A stretch of DNA of 63,745 bases, the filler included, from Octopus bimaculoides (Eukaryota), in assembly GCF_001194135.2 (NCBI RefSeq). It is 5 parts of 4 records of this genome, joined end to end, with 100 filler letters (N's around TTAATTAATTAA, not from the genome) between each part and the next. Parts side by side here need not be neighbours in the genome. Positions count along the whole stretch, not along the records: positions 1 to 31,700 come from NC_068981.1; 4 more parts are not named here. The stretch is one strand, 5' to 3'. The position numbers were made by a program, and so were the translations under genes. The notes beneath the pieces were generated by a model. It worked only from the letters and a program-made list of their open reading frames with translations. It had not been told where the DNA came from and made no database searches. Shown one piece after another: positions 10,821-25,355 of the stretch. The first letter of the stretch is position 1, and each line of letters begins with the position of its first letter.

Positions 10821-13574
10821 GTGTGCGCGCTGGTATGGTACTATTTATACATGTATATTACAAGTTGGTACCACTCTTCAGCCAATTTTGCTGTTTTCTA
10901 CACGTTCTGATAAAATTCTTCATTTACTTTTACTTGTAGGTCCAGCTAATAAATCGTTTCCTTTCGCTCTCTCCTCTATATGTTACACATCTTTTTATTT
11001 CTCTTTTTAAGAAATCCTAATAAACATTAACAAAATACTTCTCGTGACGTGTTTTATCTATAGGATGCGACAAAGTGTTCTTCTATCCACTATCTCTTAT
11101 TTGATTTACATGTGTTTTCTTGAAGAACAAAACATTTTTCACCTTGTGTATATTCTAATAATTTCTAAAGCAATTTTTATAATTGTTTAAATCATTGATG
11201 TACATTGTTGTAATTGGAATTTCTTCTCATTCTAACATTTGTTCTTTCGATTGCTCATTGCTTTGTGTAGCACGCTATTGCGTTTTTTAATATTCCTTCA
11301 TGTCTTCTCTTGTGCATAATTTATAACACTACTAAATGAAAACAGGAAGGGCAGATATATATGATGGCGCGTGTCAGTTTCTGTTTATTTTTACAAAAAC
11401 ACACACACACACACACATGTGTATGTGTGTGTATATAGATGCATACACGCGTCTATGTATGTATATATATATATGTGTGTGTATACAAGCACACACACAA
11501 ACGCACGCACACACACACACAGATATATATATACTTAGCTGTGAAGTAATCGTTCAATTACTTTCAAATTTGCATGCAGTTTCCACACTACAAGACTGCG
11601 CAATGTGGAAGATTATGTGTATCTAGGAAAATTAAGGCAAAAAATATTTGCGACCTCGACTTTAATATAAGTCCTCGTGAAAGATGATCTTGTGTTGTAG
11701 CGGAGCGCAGCTCTGTCGTCTGTCTACATATTGCTACACCTTAATGTACTACTTAATGTACACACCTTAATGTACTACTTAACAGGAAAAGTGAGCTGCT
11801 TTCCTACCAGCTGTGTCTAAACCAATTAAACAATCAATCGCGCATCTGAACTGTTTCCATACTGCTTAATTTATTTTGGGCAGATTATTTTTTTATATAT
11901 TTTATATATTTTTAAAAAAAATTTATTTCTATTAATTTATTCCTGGCATTTTTTATCATTTGTATCTCTTTGGAGTTCTGTGTTGCTCTTTGTCAACAGG
12001 AAGCTAAAAAAATTCCAATTTCTCCCTCATTGTAAGAACTAACATCATTATGAAATGCACGTATAAATTGTATATTACATTAATGTTTAAGATCACTCTC
12101 AGCAAAACCTTGTAGATTTTCCTCTCTATGTGTCCAGTCTTCTGCCATGCTTTTGCAATCAATTTCGGTGGATGAGCATTTTATTTATCTTCCCCGTGCC
12201 TTCTTTTGTTCTAATATAAAACTGCCACATTTGACTTCATCATTATCTTCTGTGATATCATCTTTATATCATTTGCTAGTGTAACAACATTTTGCAGAAT
12301 TTTTATATATATTTGTGTGTGCGTGTGTGTCTGGGTGTTTTGTGAGTTTGAGATGTTTGTCATTCAAGGATCAAATCTGGCAATATTCTTCACACTTGTC
12401 ATACATAAGTTACACTTCATTTCATGTCACACGTGTGTTATCAAACACATACATAATATTTCCAGAAGTCTCAATGTGTCTGTGTATTCTTCCTTCTCAT
12501 CATTTGATATATGTATTGCCTCAAAATTCTCTGATCTAATTTGATCCAATTTTTGGTACTAAGACATAGTGTCCTCATGGCTATATTACACTCTCATATC
12601 ATTATAATAATCATCCACAACAAGTGGAACAAAAAAATAATAGTAATCTTAAAAATGGTTCGTGATCATCCACGTCTTCTCATTTGAATGACAAATGAAT
12701 TTAATGGACTATGCCAGATCAAACTTTTTAAGATCTTTGAATTATCCGAAATTTCAGGAGTGGGTCCTAACAAGCGTTATAATTTCATATTTATTGGAAT
12801 AGCAGGATTTTTTCCTGTATTATAGGAAACCTACATACTGCTGCGGCATGCGCTTCTAGGACATTCCAATTCCTTGTAAATTGGACATTTGTCTTTGGCT
12901 GTAACTTCATTCAATATCAATTTTTGGTCAGGAACCGCACCTAATTAATACTAGTCTTTATGTCAGTATCTGTGGCTTCACCAGCTATGTACATTAGGTC
13001 CATACTAAATGTTCCTAGAAACGATGTTTTATCACAGGTTCTACCTTCCATATTTTTTGCATATCATCATGCTAAATGGATGCGCCCAATAGCCAGGGAA
13101 CTTGTTGATTGTGGCCAGATTGGAAACATGTCTTATAGTAATATTTGATTCTTCTAAAAATTCTAGAAATTCGCCGAGTTAAATTTGTTAAAATTCACAA
13201 AGTTAAAACTGTCGAAATGCACGGTCTTCTATAATCGCAAGATATACCGAAAGTATGGTCCCGTATTGCAAATTTGTATAAGAGATGAAGTCTGTAAGCA
13301 GTGTTTCTATATTGTGGATTATGTTTGTATTGCGTAAGCTATATACCCTTGCAGAATAAACACAAAATCTCAAAGGATTCAACCGAACTATGATCCTCTT
13401 CACAAATGAGCAACGACTGAGACCGCTCCGCAAATTAAATGAATGTATGCGACCATTCGGAATTTTGTATGTCGTCGTTTCTTGTTTAGTCAATTGGTTG
13501 TTTGACAAAGCGCCGGTAACTAAATGGCAACAGCATCAAGCAATGTAAATTATTTTCTATCCTAGCCACAAGGA

Positions 13575-13768
13575 GCGAAATTTTTAGGGAGGGGGGGCCA
13601 GTCGATTAGATCGACACCAGTGCGCAACTGGTACTTCATTTATCGATCCCGAAAGGATAAAACGTAAAGTCGACCTCGGTGGAATTTGAATTCAGAACGT
13701 AATGACAGACGAACTACTGCTCAGCATTTTGCCCAGCGTGCTAACGTTTCTGTCAGTTCTCCGCCTTG
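13575..13768 (-). mobile_element. tRNA-derived SINE (family B, gaggtcgactttgcctttcatcc type)
   Basis: Reverse complement aligns with copies at 20830-21035 and 38085-38330; CpGs retained. Confidence 0.75.
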
Positions 13769-13825
13769 CAATGTAAATTATAATACAGCTTGCCATCTTC
13801 TGTTTCTCTCATTCGTTAATGCATT

Positions 13826-13864
<39 letters not shown>

Positions 13865-14399
13865 TTGTGTGTGGGTGTGTGTGTGTGTGTGCGTGCTTGT
13901 GTATTGCATCTTCGTATATAATCTTTTATAAGTGTGTGCGGCTGCGTGTATATGTACGCAATTGTGCGTGTCTAAGGAGGATTTTTAATTCCTATAAATC
14001 TAGAATGAGTATATGCTTTTGTCTGCAGGAGCGGATAGTAGTATAGGTGATAGAAAGTAGTATCCGCTCATCATCGGTAAAATGATCTACAAATTGTTGG
14101 TCAACAATAAACGTCATCCCATTTTAAAAATGACGTTCTTTAGATTGTCTTCCATTTCACTGCATCCACACTCAGCAATCCCTCCGAATGTGTGTGTGTG
14201 TGTGTACATGTTTACGTGTGTGTACATGTGTACGTGTGTGTATGTGTGCGTGTATGTGTGTGTATATGTGTGTGTGTCTATGTATGCATCTGTGTGTGTC
14301 TGAGTTTGTGCATTTAGCACACACACACTGAAAATAGTTACTATCTGTGAACAAGAGGAGCTAGATTCAAAATAGAATTAACTATGTAAGCAATTCACC

Positions 14400-14790
14400 A
14401 ATAAATCTTCTGACTGTTATGTAGAGTAATCTCGTCTCGCGGTGTGAGACTCATAAGGCAGCAGTTTCCTCCAGTATAGATACTTTGTTGCACTTCTTCC
14501 AATTCTTGTACTAACGAGTTTTGGTATTTCGTTGAATGCCCAGTCGACGTCACTGTTGGCATCGCATGCCAAATGACAAGTAAATGTCACCATCCAGATG
14601 AAACTGATACAACATCACAATGTTTACCAGTGGTTGCATTTGCTATGCAGTAGAATTTCCGTATTTCTGATTCTGTTGTACCATGTGGCTTTGAGGCTTT
14701 CGTAAACATCGTTTGTGAAACGCATCAAGCTTCTTGGCCACTTTCGATGATATTCTTTCTTATTTCACCATCATACACAACGCTGACAGA
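14400..14790 (-). mobile_element. highly decayed RTE-clade LINE C-terminal fragment
   Basis: Minus-strand KKLDAFHKRCLRK followed by (frameshift) KATWYNRIRNTEIL, typical of the RTE post-RT region. Confidence 0.55.
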
Positions 14791-14880
14791 AATGTTGTGT
14801 TATACTAACATACATTGATGTTTGTACCGACATCTATATAATTGATCAGATGTGGGTGATACGCTGACTGAAATTCCAGT

Positions 14881-14915
<35 letters not shown>

Positions 14916-17897
14916 TGTGTGTACAAATGAATTTGGAAGAAAGTGTAAAATTTGTGANNNNNNNNNNNNNNNNNNNNNNNNNNNNNNNNNNNNNNNNNNN
15001 NNNNNNNNNNNNNNNNNNNNNNNNNNNNNNNNNNNNNNNNNNNNNNNNNNNNNNNNNNNNNNNNNNNNNNNNNNNNNNNNNNNNNNNNNNNNNNNNNNNN
15101 NNNNNNNNNNNNNNNNNNNNNNNNNNNNNNNNNNNNNNNNNNNNNNNNNNNNNNNNNNNNNNNNNNNNNNNNNNNNNNNNNNNNNNNNNNNNNNNNNNNN
15201 NNNNNNNNNNNNNNNNNNNNNNNNNNNNNNNNNNNNNNNNNNNNNNNNNNNNNNNNNNNNNNNNNNNNNNNNNNNNNNNNNNNNNNNNNNNNNNNNNNNN
15301 NNNNNNNNNNNNNNNNNNNNNNNNNNNNNNNNNNNNNNNNNNNNNNNNNNNNNNNNNNNNNNNNNNNNNNNNNNNNNNNNNNNNNNNNNNNNNNNNNNNN
15401 NNNNNNNNNNNNNNNNNNNNNNNNNNNNNNNNNNNNNNNNNNNNNNNNNNNNNNNNNNNNNNNNNNNNNNNNNNNNNNNNNNNNNNNNNNNNNNNNNNNN
15501 TTGTAATAGATATAATCAAACACGCGTATTTGTATATCTCCATTTTCTGTAAGTTTATACATTGCGTAACTATATTTTGCCATTACTATGCAAAGCAAAC
15601 AGGCTCACAAAAAATCCCATCATACGATATATGTTCAAGTATATATTATCTATAGCTTCAATATATTTGTTAACATATCTCCTTATCTGCCTATGTATTC
15701 ATTCCCCTCTCACATTTTCTTTTTCTTTTACTCCCTCACTCTCCCTATCTGTCTCTCTTACTCTTACTCTCTGTCTGCTTTTCTCTCTTACTCTCTGTCT
15801 ATCTCTGTTTCTCTCCCTGTCTCTCTCTCTCTCGATGTTTATAAAATGTTTTCTAACCACTTGTTATCTAACTTTATAAAAAGATTATGAACTTTGAAGA
15901 ACAGTATATTTTCGACTTTTATAAAAATGCAAAAGAAACCTGCTAAGTCGTTTCCAAGAGATGGGTAACGTAAATTAATTCTAAGATTCCACTAATGTTA
16001 TAGCGTACGTCAGAGAATTTACTTTTACGCACTTAGATGCAATCTTAGAATTTGTTATACGTTATTCCCGTACATTATTGATGATGAGAGGTTTGGATAA
16101 TGCTTGCTGTCTGTACCGTTTAAATAAAGATTAAATCATATGAAGCTCCATAGTAATAGGTAGCATGCTTCACTGAAACTTGCCAAGAATTGTGTTAAGG
16201 GTAAACATAAATGATTTCCAACTTATTGATTAAAAGAGGGAACTTTTTTTCAAATTCACTTCAAACCTAATGAATTGAAAATGTTGATATTGCATGCTAT
16301 TCCTGAGTAGTTGGCAATGTGGAACATTATAAGATGAACAAAATCACAGTTGAAAAGCATCAAATAAAGCGCATATATGAACACCTGTCAGATATCGCAC
16401 ACAGTTTATATGGAGCAGGGATCGAATATTAATACGTACCTCATTTAGCGCCATACAGAAGGATGAATTGGTGTTTAACTTGAGTCATCTCTGATCAGAT
16501 GAGTAACAATTTAACTATCAGATAATTACATTCAAGGATATGTTATCCATCTTGCCGTCACTGTATGATTTTGTGACTTCTTTGTTTTTACTGTATTAGT
16601 TTTCTCATATCAATACTTCTCCCGATGGTTTGCATAAAGATTAATTTTAATTGAATTTAATTATGTATCTTAATTTCGTATTTATAAAAATAAAGATACT
16701 TATTCCTAACGAAACAATTATGTTATACTTTTCAGCTGTAATGTACGGTATTATTGAAGGTAGTTTTCTATATGTAGACCGAGAGCCCATAAAACCTTTC
16801 CGGGGAATTCTTTCATAGTCCTTTCTTAGGAGAAATAGTTTCAAAAGCAAAGTATAATACGTAAGGCGAGCATACAATATATATATGAACTCAAAGTGAG
16901 ATAGATATTATTAAATTGTTTATATATATATATATATATATNNNNNNNNNNNNNNNNNNNNNNNNNNNNNNNNNNNNNNNNNNNNNNNNNNNNNNNNNNN
17001 NNNNNNNNNNNNNNNNNNNNNNNNNNNNNNNNNNNNNNNNNNNNNNNNNNNNNNNNNNNNNNNNNNNNNNNNNNNNNNNNNNNNNNNNNNNNNNNNNNNN
17101 NNNNNNNNNNNNNNNNNNNNNNNNNNNNNNNNNNNNNNNNNNNNNNNNNNNNNNNNNNNNNNNNNNNNNNNNNNNNNNNNNNNNNNNNNNNNNNNNNNNN
17201 NNNNNNNNNNNNNNNNNNNNNNNNNNNNNNNNNNNNNNNNNNNNNNNNNNNNNNNNNNNNNNNNNNNNNNNNNNNNNNNNNNNNNNNNNNNNNNNNNNNN
17301 NNNNNNNNNNNNNNNNNNNNNNNNNNNNNNNNNNNNNNNNNNNNNNNNNNNNNNNNNNNNNNNNNNNNNNNNNNNNNNNNNNNNNNNNNNNNNNNNNNNN
17401 NNNNNNNNNNNNNNNNNNNNNNNNNNNNNNNNNNNNNNNNNNNNNNNNNNNNNNNNNNNNNNNNNNNNNNNNNNNNNNNNNNNNNNNNNNNNNNNNNNNN
17501 NNNNNNNNNNNNNNNNNNNNNNNNNNNNNNNNNNNNNNNNNNNNNNNNNNNNNNNNNNNNNNNNNNNNNNNNNNNNNNNNNNNNNNNNNNNNNNNNNNNN
17601 NNNNNNNNNNNNNNNNNNNNNNNNNNNNNNNNNNNNNNNNNNNNNNNNNNNNNNNNNNNNNNNNNNNNNNNNNNNNNNNNNNNNNNNNNNNNNNNNNNNN
17701 NNNNNNNNNNNGCATGCAAGAAATAACAGTAAAATATGAATGACATTCTTATTTTTAATTTCAATTTTATTTTATTAATAGCCTTTTTCTCTTCACACAT
17801 ATTTTATATTCATTTTTGATAAGGTTTTTCAAAAAACCGAAACACGTAAATCAATTAAAGCACCCCAAAAATGTTTTTAAAAAGCGGCGTTTTCATT

Positions 17898-17935
<38 letters not shown>

Positions 17936-17944
17936 TATATATTC

Positions 17945-18089
17945 GACCAGCTTCTTCCAGTTTCCGTCGACCAAATCAACTATAGTAGAGGCTATAGTAC
18001 AAGACACTTGTCCAAGTTACCACGCAGTGGGACTGAACCCGAAATCATGTGCTTGGTAAGCAAGCTACTTACCACACAGCCACTCCCTG
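17945..18089 (-). mobile_element. tRNA-derived SINE (family A head)
   Basis: Reverse complement gggagtggctgtgtggtaagtagcttgc...gggttcagtcccactgcgtgg matches 63041-63210. Confidence 0.8.
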
Positions 18090-20619
18090 TTATATACAGT
18101 GCTCAGGTACACTACAACTAAGAAAAAATAAACCTTCAGTTGTACTGTTGGCGGATTTCAGGAAGCATGGAAGTTTTGAAGGGTGTAGTGTCATCATCAT
18201 GGGCATGATGTCATGCTGCGTGTTAGCCATGTTGACTCTAAATACTGCAAACTGTGTGTCTTCAATTTAATTATCTCCAGAAATTATTTAATTGTTAAAT
18301 ATTCAAATAACTCCAATAAAGCGCAATCAAATACATGGTAAATGAATATAAATCGGTTTCATGGGGAAATTGAACGGATATATCTCTGGAGTTGCGATTG
18401 CTCAGACAAGAATAAGTCAGTTTTCAAATTGTCATTTGGATAGTGACATCTGAGAACTTTAAACTGAATGGTTAGGGCATTTCAAATCACTAGAAGTTAT
18501 GAAATAGTGAAATAAATACACTATTTTTGATACAGGGCTAGTAATTTTGAGGGAAGTGAGAATCTTATAACAATGACCACAGTACAACTTATTTTATTGG
18601 CGCCAACGAAATGACAGGATTTTGGTGTAATTTGAACTTAAGACGTAAAGAGACTATGAAATGCTGCTAATCATTTTTATCCGATGCCTTAATGATTCTA
18701 CTAGCTTGTCATAAGGGTAATAGTAATCAAATTTAACGTAATTTTAACATTTATCAGAAGCAACACTGAACTTTTCTTTTTTATTAATTTATTTACCACA
18801 GCAGCGTAATTAGCTGACTCCTCATGTCGATTTCAAATCTATCTGTTGTATTCCAACTGGCTAGGAATAAAAATATTAGTTTTAGCCCTTCGACTGACGA
18901 GAAAAGAATCCGGACTACATATGATTGTGATTCCAATTTCTTTTTATAAACATTGTTTAAACATACCAGATTTATAACTTTATACAGATTATAATCGTTT
19001 TTAGTGATATGTAGCATCGTGCTACGTGGAGTAGGTGATTTTGACAGGATCCTAAATATATATTGAATGCAAGATTGTTCCTCCCAGAATAAATTAATAT
19101 ATTTCAATATCTAATACTTCTAGTTTCTTGTGTTCGCTACCATAACCGCTTTATTCAGTGAAAATGGCATCTTCTAAATGGCAACATGTAGAGACACGAA
19201 TAGTAACAGTGAGATGTTTTACATGTTTCATTTTTGTTTTGTTTCTGTTTTTTTTTGTTTTTTTTTTAGAGCATTACCACTAAACAAATATAAGGAGTTT
19301 AGCAATGAACAAGGTACATAATAATGCATGATGAAATATATATACAACGGAAAATGTAGAGTTTAAAACGCGCGGAAGGGCAATCTGAATGTATGCAAAA
19401 ATAATTAATGTAGGAAAATATATTTAATCCCATATTATACACTGTCATTTGAATGCATAATCTCTGTCATTACCTAGCATAGAGAATATAAATTTACACA
19501 AATGTGAGCTGAGTGAATTATCTCTATACATATCACTACGTTGATAACAGTTTACTAAAAGGGTTGACCTCTTGTCTGATGCTCTATCGATTCAGCCGTT
19601 CACCTCACTTTACAGAATTTACAATGGTATTATTGATTTATATGTTCTATTGTGATTTATTGAAGGCTATTTATATATTTATAGAGGATAATTTCGCGAA
19701 TCATTTATAATGTAATGCACACAATTAAAGTGTTAGGTTTTGACTTAACATGACACTAGTTATCCGCATATTTCATAGACTGGTAAAACCTAAACGATTT
19801 TATGACATTATTTCTCCCTTTAATTATCATTTATGTATATCGTTCCAGAATATTTTATAGTTTTTGCAAGCGTTTGTGTTTGGTAAAAATTTGAGGCAAT
19901 TTATTTTTCCCGTACATCCTTCCCTATAATCATTTTAAGATTTTCAGAGCAACTATTGCGTATAACGTACGCTGTATGTATGAAGCTGGTATTGATGATA
20001 TATATTTACGCTTCAGTAACTCGGTTACTTTGCTTTACTACATTAAATTAGTAACATAAGCACTTAGTTTTATCATTATATTTTCCTTTATATATGCAGA
20101 GTGTAACACATATCAAAGTGCTAACATTTTTATGACAAGCCGTATACCATATCCCCTAATGCATTAGGGTTTCTGAAAGCCGAATTAATGTCATCAGTTT
20201 AGTATTACATGTTAGCTAAACGTTCATATATTACATTTCAAGATACCCTAGCTGTTCCAAACCATATATTGTTCTATTACAGAACCGAAATAAATAATTA
20301 GTTTCCGGTTTCAGGTTCTATGTTTTATGTATATGTTATATATTTGGGAAGGTTTACATGCGTGTCTATATTTCTTCCCACCTTTTCTAATATATATAAC
20401 TGCCGCAGACTTTTCCACTACCAACACAATGTTGAGCCTTTGCATTTCATTTTTCTACCAGCGTTTCCTGCACTTCAGTGTAAGCTGCTATTTCCAGTTA
20501 TTCTATTCCCTTCTCACTGGCTTTCTCTGTCACTATCATTTTCTCTTACTCCGCATTGCTTCTTTTCTCTTTTTTTTACCCCTAAGTCTTTTTGTTGTAT
20601 ACCTTCCCTTTTTTCCTGT

Positions 20620-21035
20620 CTTCGAGCAAAAATTTCGCCGAGATTGACTTTGCTTTTCATCCTTCGGGATAGTGAAAATAATTACTAGTTGCGCCTTACG
20701 GGTCGATGCAATTGGCTAATCACATACCCCAACATTTCAAACCTTAGGCTTATTCCTATAAGGATTATTGACCCACCCTTTAAGGCTTTGTGCCTATAGA
20801 ACAAAGGATTACTATCTCCTTCTTGAATCATTAGCACGCTTAGTACGTTGGACAAAATGCTTAGTGGTATTTCCTCTGCCTTTACATTCTAAGTTCAAAT
20901 TCAGCCGAGGCCGACTTTATCTTTCATACATTCAGTGTCGATAAAATAAGTACGAGTTAATTAGTGGAGTCGGGGAAATAGACTTCTTGTCCCCTCGAAG
21001 CAGCTGGCCGTATGCCAAACTTTGAAACGAGCTCT
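20620..21035 (+). mobile_element. two adjacent family B SINE copies
   Basis: ccgagattgactttgcttttcatcc (about 20640) and ccgaggccgactttatctttcatac...gtcgataaaataagtac (about 20905). Confidence 0.65.
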
Positions 21036-21168
21036 TCCTTCCTCAAAAATCAGTAGCAATATAGCTGTTGGAGACTCGAATTATGCACAGTTGATATTAA
21101 TTATTATCACTGCACTTGGTTTTCATTTAAATAGGGTTTCAATTGCGCTCATAGACAATTGCACTTTG

Positions 21169-21203
<35 letters not shown>

Positions 21204-22682
21204 AAAATAAGAGGGATGACCAGAAAAAGTGGACTCCTATATGCTAGAAATAGATGCCGAATCATCTAACCACGAAAAGAATACATGTTCTCAGTAAAAA
21301 TTCAGCGACACAACAGACTGTAAAAGGGCAAGACAAATGAAAAAAATACTAAATAAAAACGATTAACCTACGTACCATGGTTTCACCTGTTAAAATTTAC
21401 ATANNNNNNNNNNNNNNNNNNNNNNNNNNNNNNNNNNNNNNNNNNNNNNNNNNNNNNNNNNNNNNNNNNNNNNNNNNNNNNNNNNNNNNNNNNNNNNNNN
21501 NNNNNNNNNNNNNNNNNNNNNNNNNNNNNNNNNNNNNNNNNNNNNNNNNNNNNNNNNNNNNNNNNNNNNNNNNNNNNNNNNNNNNNNNNNNNNNNNNNNN
21601 NNNNNNNNNNNNNNNNNNNNNNNNNNNNNNNNNNNNNNNNNNNNNNNNNNNNNNNNNNNNNNNNNNNNNNNNNNNNNNNNNNNNNNNNNNNNNNNNNNNN
21701 NNNNNNNNNNNNNNNNNNNNNNNNNNNNNNNNNNNNNNNNNNNNNNNNNNNNNNNNNNNNNNNNNNNNNNNNNNNNNNNNNNNNNNNNNNNNNNNNNNNN
21801 NNNNNNNNNNNNNNNNNNNNNNNNNNTATATATATATATATATATATATATAAGTTGGTGCTCCAGCACACAGTCAAATGATTGAAACATGTAAAAGAAT
21901 ATATATATATATATACAGATAGAGAGAGAGAGAGAGAGAGATACAGGTATATACATATAAGCAAAATTTAAATCAGCTGAAATATGCTTGTGACATATTT
22001 GAAAGGCTAAAAGGCAAATGCATTGCCGTTACCGTGGAGAATATATCTCTCTTATGGTAAAAAGGTGTAAAAGCACTCGGTGCGTTCAGTCTCACTATCT
22101 ATTAGGAATCCCAGACATGGATGCTTCAAGCTTCTTTGCTCTTATGAATGCTACATCCTGATCGATGAAAGGGACGTCCCACTAGTACCGCCACTGAACA
22201 CAAGCAGTGATTATCGCTTGCTACTGACAGAATCGTGATCAATAAAATCAGAGAGAAAAAGTTTCTGCATTTCAAAATGCAAAATCAACGTGACAACGAT
22301 TTTAATCTTAAGCAATTACAAGAAGATATCAAAAAGGTAATATGTTGTCAATTTCAAGAGCTCAAAGAGGACTACGATTTGCTGATAAAGAAAATTAAAA
22401 CCTGCATATATATGTATATACATAGAGAGATTATGAGAGGTAATGGTGTCAGTGAGACCCCAAGGTGTCAGCTAATGCTGAGTAAGTGCTATGGATAGAC
22501 CATAGTTAAGCTCCAGTTTCGGTGATTATGCGAATAAAGGTCCAACGTAGGTCATATCAGCGTGTATATATAAATTTCTTTCTTCGTAATGAGATAAAAA
22601 TAAACCAAGGTTGTGTAGATCTTCTATTTATAAATGTTCTAAAATTTACACAGCTTTGGTTTTTCTGTCTCATTACGAAAAA

Positions 22683-22725
<43 letters not shown>

Positions 22726-23076
22726 NNNNNNNNNNNNNNNNNNNNNNNNNNNNNNNNNNNNNNNNNNNNNNNNNNNNNNNNNNNNNNNNNNNAGAGAGAG
22801 AGAGAGAGAGAGAGAGATAAATACATAGATACTGGTATAGATAGATATATATGCATGCACATATATCTTGACAAAGAAAACTATTTTCTTTCTCTCATAT
22901 CATGATAAATACTATGGGCACAAAAGAACTTCTGAAGTAAATCCGGTGGAATATATGTTCACACAGCTAATGACAGGCAACTGAATACTGAATACTGTCA
23001 ATGGATTTTAAACATCTCACTACAAGGTGTATACCCGGATGTAAAAGTAATACATGCATATACATACATACATACA

Positions 23077-23147
<71 letters not shown>

Positions 23148-23177
23148 TGTTTTTTTGTTTTTTTGTTATTGTTTTTT

Positions 23178-23213
<36 letters not shown>

Positions 23214-24539
23214 ATCCCCAATACCACAAGAAAAACACAAGAAAAAACAACGCGAGGTCGTGGTACATGCAAAGTATTAGTAGACACTCAGACTCATTAT
23301 ATATATGTGTGTGTGTGTATACATACACACACATACACACACACATACATGCATGCATACATACATACATACATTCATACATACGTACATACATAGGTAT
23401 TTGTATATATACATACACGGGTACAAATTTCTTCCGCGCATATTCCATCTACGAAATACGCTGATAAGACCGCAGTGAAACTATAATAGAATACTCTTGC
23501 TTGAGTGGTTTCGCAGTGGGGTTAAAATCGAAACATAATGGTTTAGAAGTAAGATTCTAAACTATGAACCAGTACTTATAATTTTTGTCATTCTTACTTG
23601 AAATCACGTTTTATACTCTCCGATTTTGTTTCGAGTTAAGATAGTGCATGGGATTATGTGCACAAGTACGATATGGATATTGCATCATACTGTATAATAT
23701 TGAAATGATCATTCTTATACTATAATATTATAAACAGAAAAATACACTTAGCTTACACTTTATCAGTAATTCTACTAAAATAATATACTGAAAAGTCAAA
23801 ATCCAGGTAATATTGATATTTCTACAGAAATGTAATCAACTGAAATGAGATATTCACTACATCCGTACTTATGAAACACTCTAGAAAATTAATCATTATG
23901 GAAGCTCTGGCCTGTTAATATCTGACACTTGATTCTTCTTCTTATACGTTTTGCTTTCTCGAGTAAATCACAAAAATCTATCTTACATCTATTTGATATA
24001 AGTTTTTATCACTGCCGTAAAGAAATGTAAGACTCGTTGTAACAATATATAAGAAATCTAAATCTTTCAAAGATTGGCAAAGCAGATGTTTCCATTAAAA
24101 CTAGTAATTATTACATGCTGCCCAATAAGGAGATTATATTTCCTTACGAACAAATATGAATTATTTATAAGATAATATAACGGAAATGTGTTTTTATAAT
24201 TATACAAATTTAATTGACAAAGGGTATTAAATACTCTGTATTCAAATAAAATGTATCTGCAAAACGTTTTCTTTACATTTTATTTTCAACATATAAGGAT
24301 CGTACTGAGTGTAATGCAAAAGTGCACATCTCTTCTACTACTGACTGCCGTAGATTGTTCAAATTGCATGTCTTGGTGGATTAACCATTTGGCCATAGTA
24401 ATCTTCCTCCTGCTCATCTTTGCGGGAAAACAATGGCTTACGAGTATTCATTTGCTTCTACCAATATTGAGCTCTTGACAAAGGAAGAGCTAAATGACCC
24501 GACATACGTAGAAGACAATAGAATGTTTTCGGAAGTGAC

Positions 24540-25100
24540 ACTATTGAAAAGGCAATGTTCACGAAACAGATGAATACGTTTAAAGAAGGAGAAAACATCA
24601 TTGAAGACAACTTATGCAGGGAGAGACTATTAATGTCGCGTGGTAATTTGAGACACACGTAAAGCTTGGAGATGCGGTTCAGTTGAAGATCCCGAAAAAG
24701 TATCTGAAAAGCATCTCCATTTAACACATCTTTGCGCGACCACACACATCTTTGACAAACAATAGCAGGTAATCCTGGAACTGAACTAGCCAGTGATACC
24801 CATCACCTTGTATAGCCCAGATCTCACCTCCTTTAGCTTCAGTCTGTTTGAGTCAATGAATGAATCTTTAGACACAACAATTTGATGAAACCGAGGTGAA
24901 GTTGTCGATTGGAAAAACAATTGTTAATACAGTGCACACGGTTCGAAACCGGGTTCAATGATGGTGCGGATGCGTTGCTTGTCGCCGAGACTGTTGCGTT
25001 GCTTGTTACCGAGAGTGTTGCATTGCTTGTCACCGAGGCAGTTACGTACTGCCTTTTTACAGAGGAATTGTTATTCTTTTCAAGAATTTGAATGGTCTAC
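24540..25100 (+). mobile_element. internally deleted, decayed mariner transposon
   Basis: FKEGENIIED (HTH region, about 24579), YSPDL motif (24811) and RVQ*WCGCVAC (cf. LVQRWxKCV; 24950-24985). Confidence 0.65.
24971..25042 (+). repeat. 3 x 24-bp tandem repeat
   Basis: tgcgttgcttgtcgccgagactgt / tgcgttgcttgttaccgagagtgt / tgcattgcttgtcaccgaggcagt. Confidence 0.9.
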
Positions 25101-25136
25101 GTCAATTAAAAAACGACGTTATGACTATTTTTGTAG

Positions 25137-25185
25137 ACAGGTAGGTAGGTAGGTAGGTAGGTAGGTAGGTAGGTACGTAGGTAGG

Positions 25186-25252
<67 letters not shown>

Positions 25253-25276
25253 GAAGGTACGTAGATAGATAGATAA

Positions 25277-25341
<65 letters not shown>

Positions 25342-25355
25342 TAGATAGATAGATA
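25137..25355. repeat. compound (GGTA)n(GATA)n(GACA)n tetranucleotide array
   Basis: Direct inspection. Confidence 0.95.

Noticed and set aside
11980-13200. Possible ancient LINE remnants on the - strand
   Set aside because: No motif long enough to support a call.
22235-22498. Coiled-coil-looking ORF (KQLQEDIKK...ELKEDYDLLIKK)
   Set aside because: No usable acceptor/donor pair and no recognisable family.
24880-24960. TTGATGA-aaccg...cggtt-c-GAAA hammerhead-like string
   Set aside because: Core C3 is missing, there is no stem I complementarity, and it lies inside mariner coding sequence.
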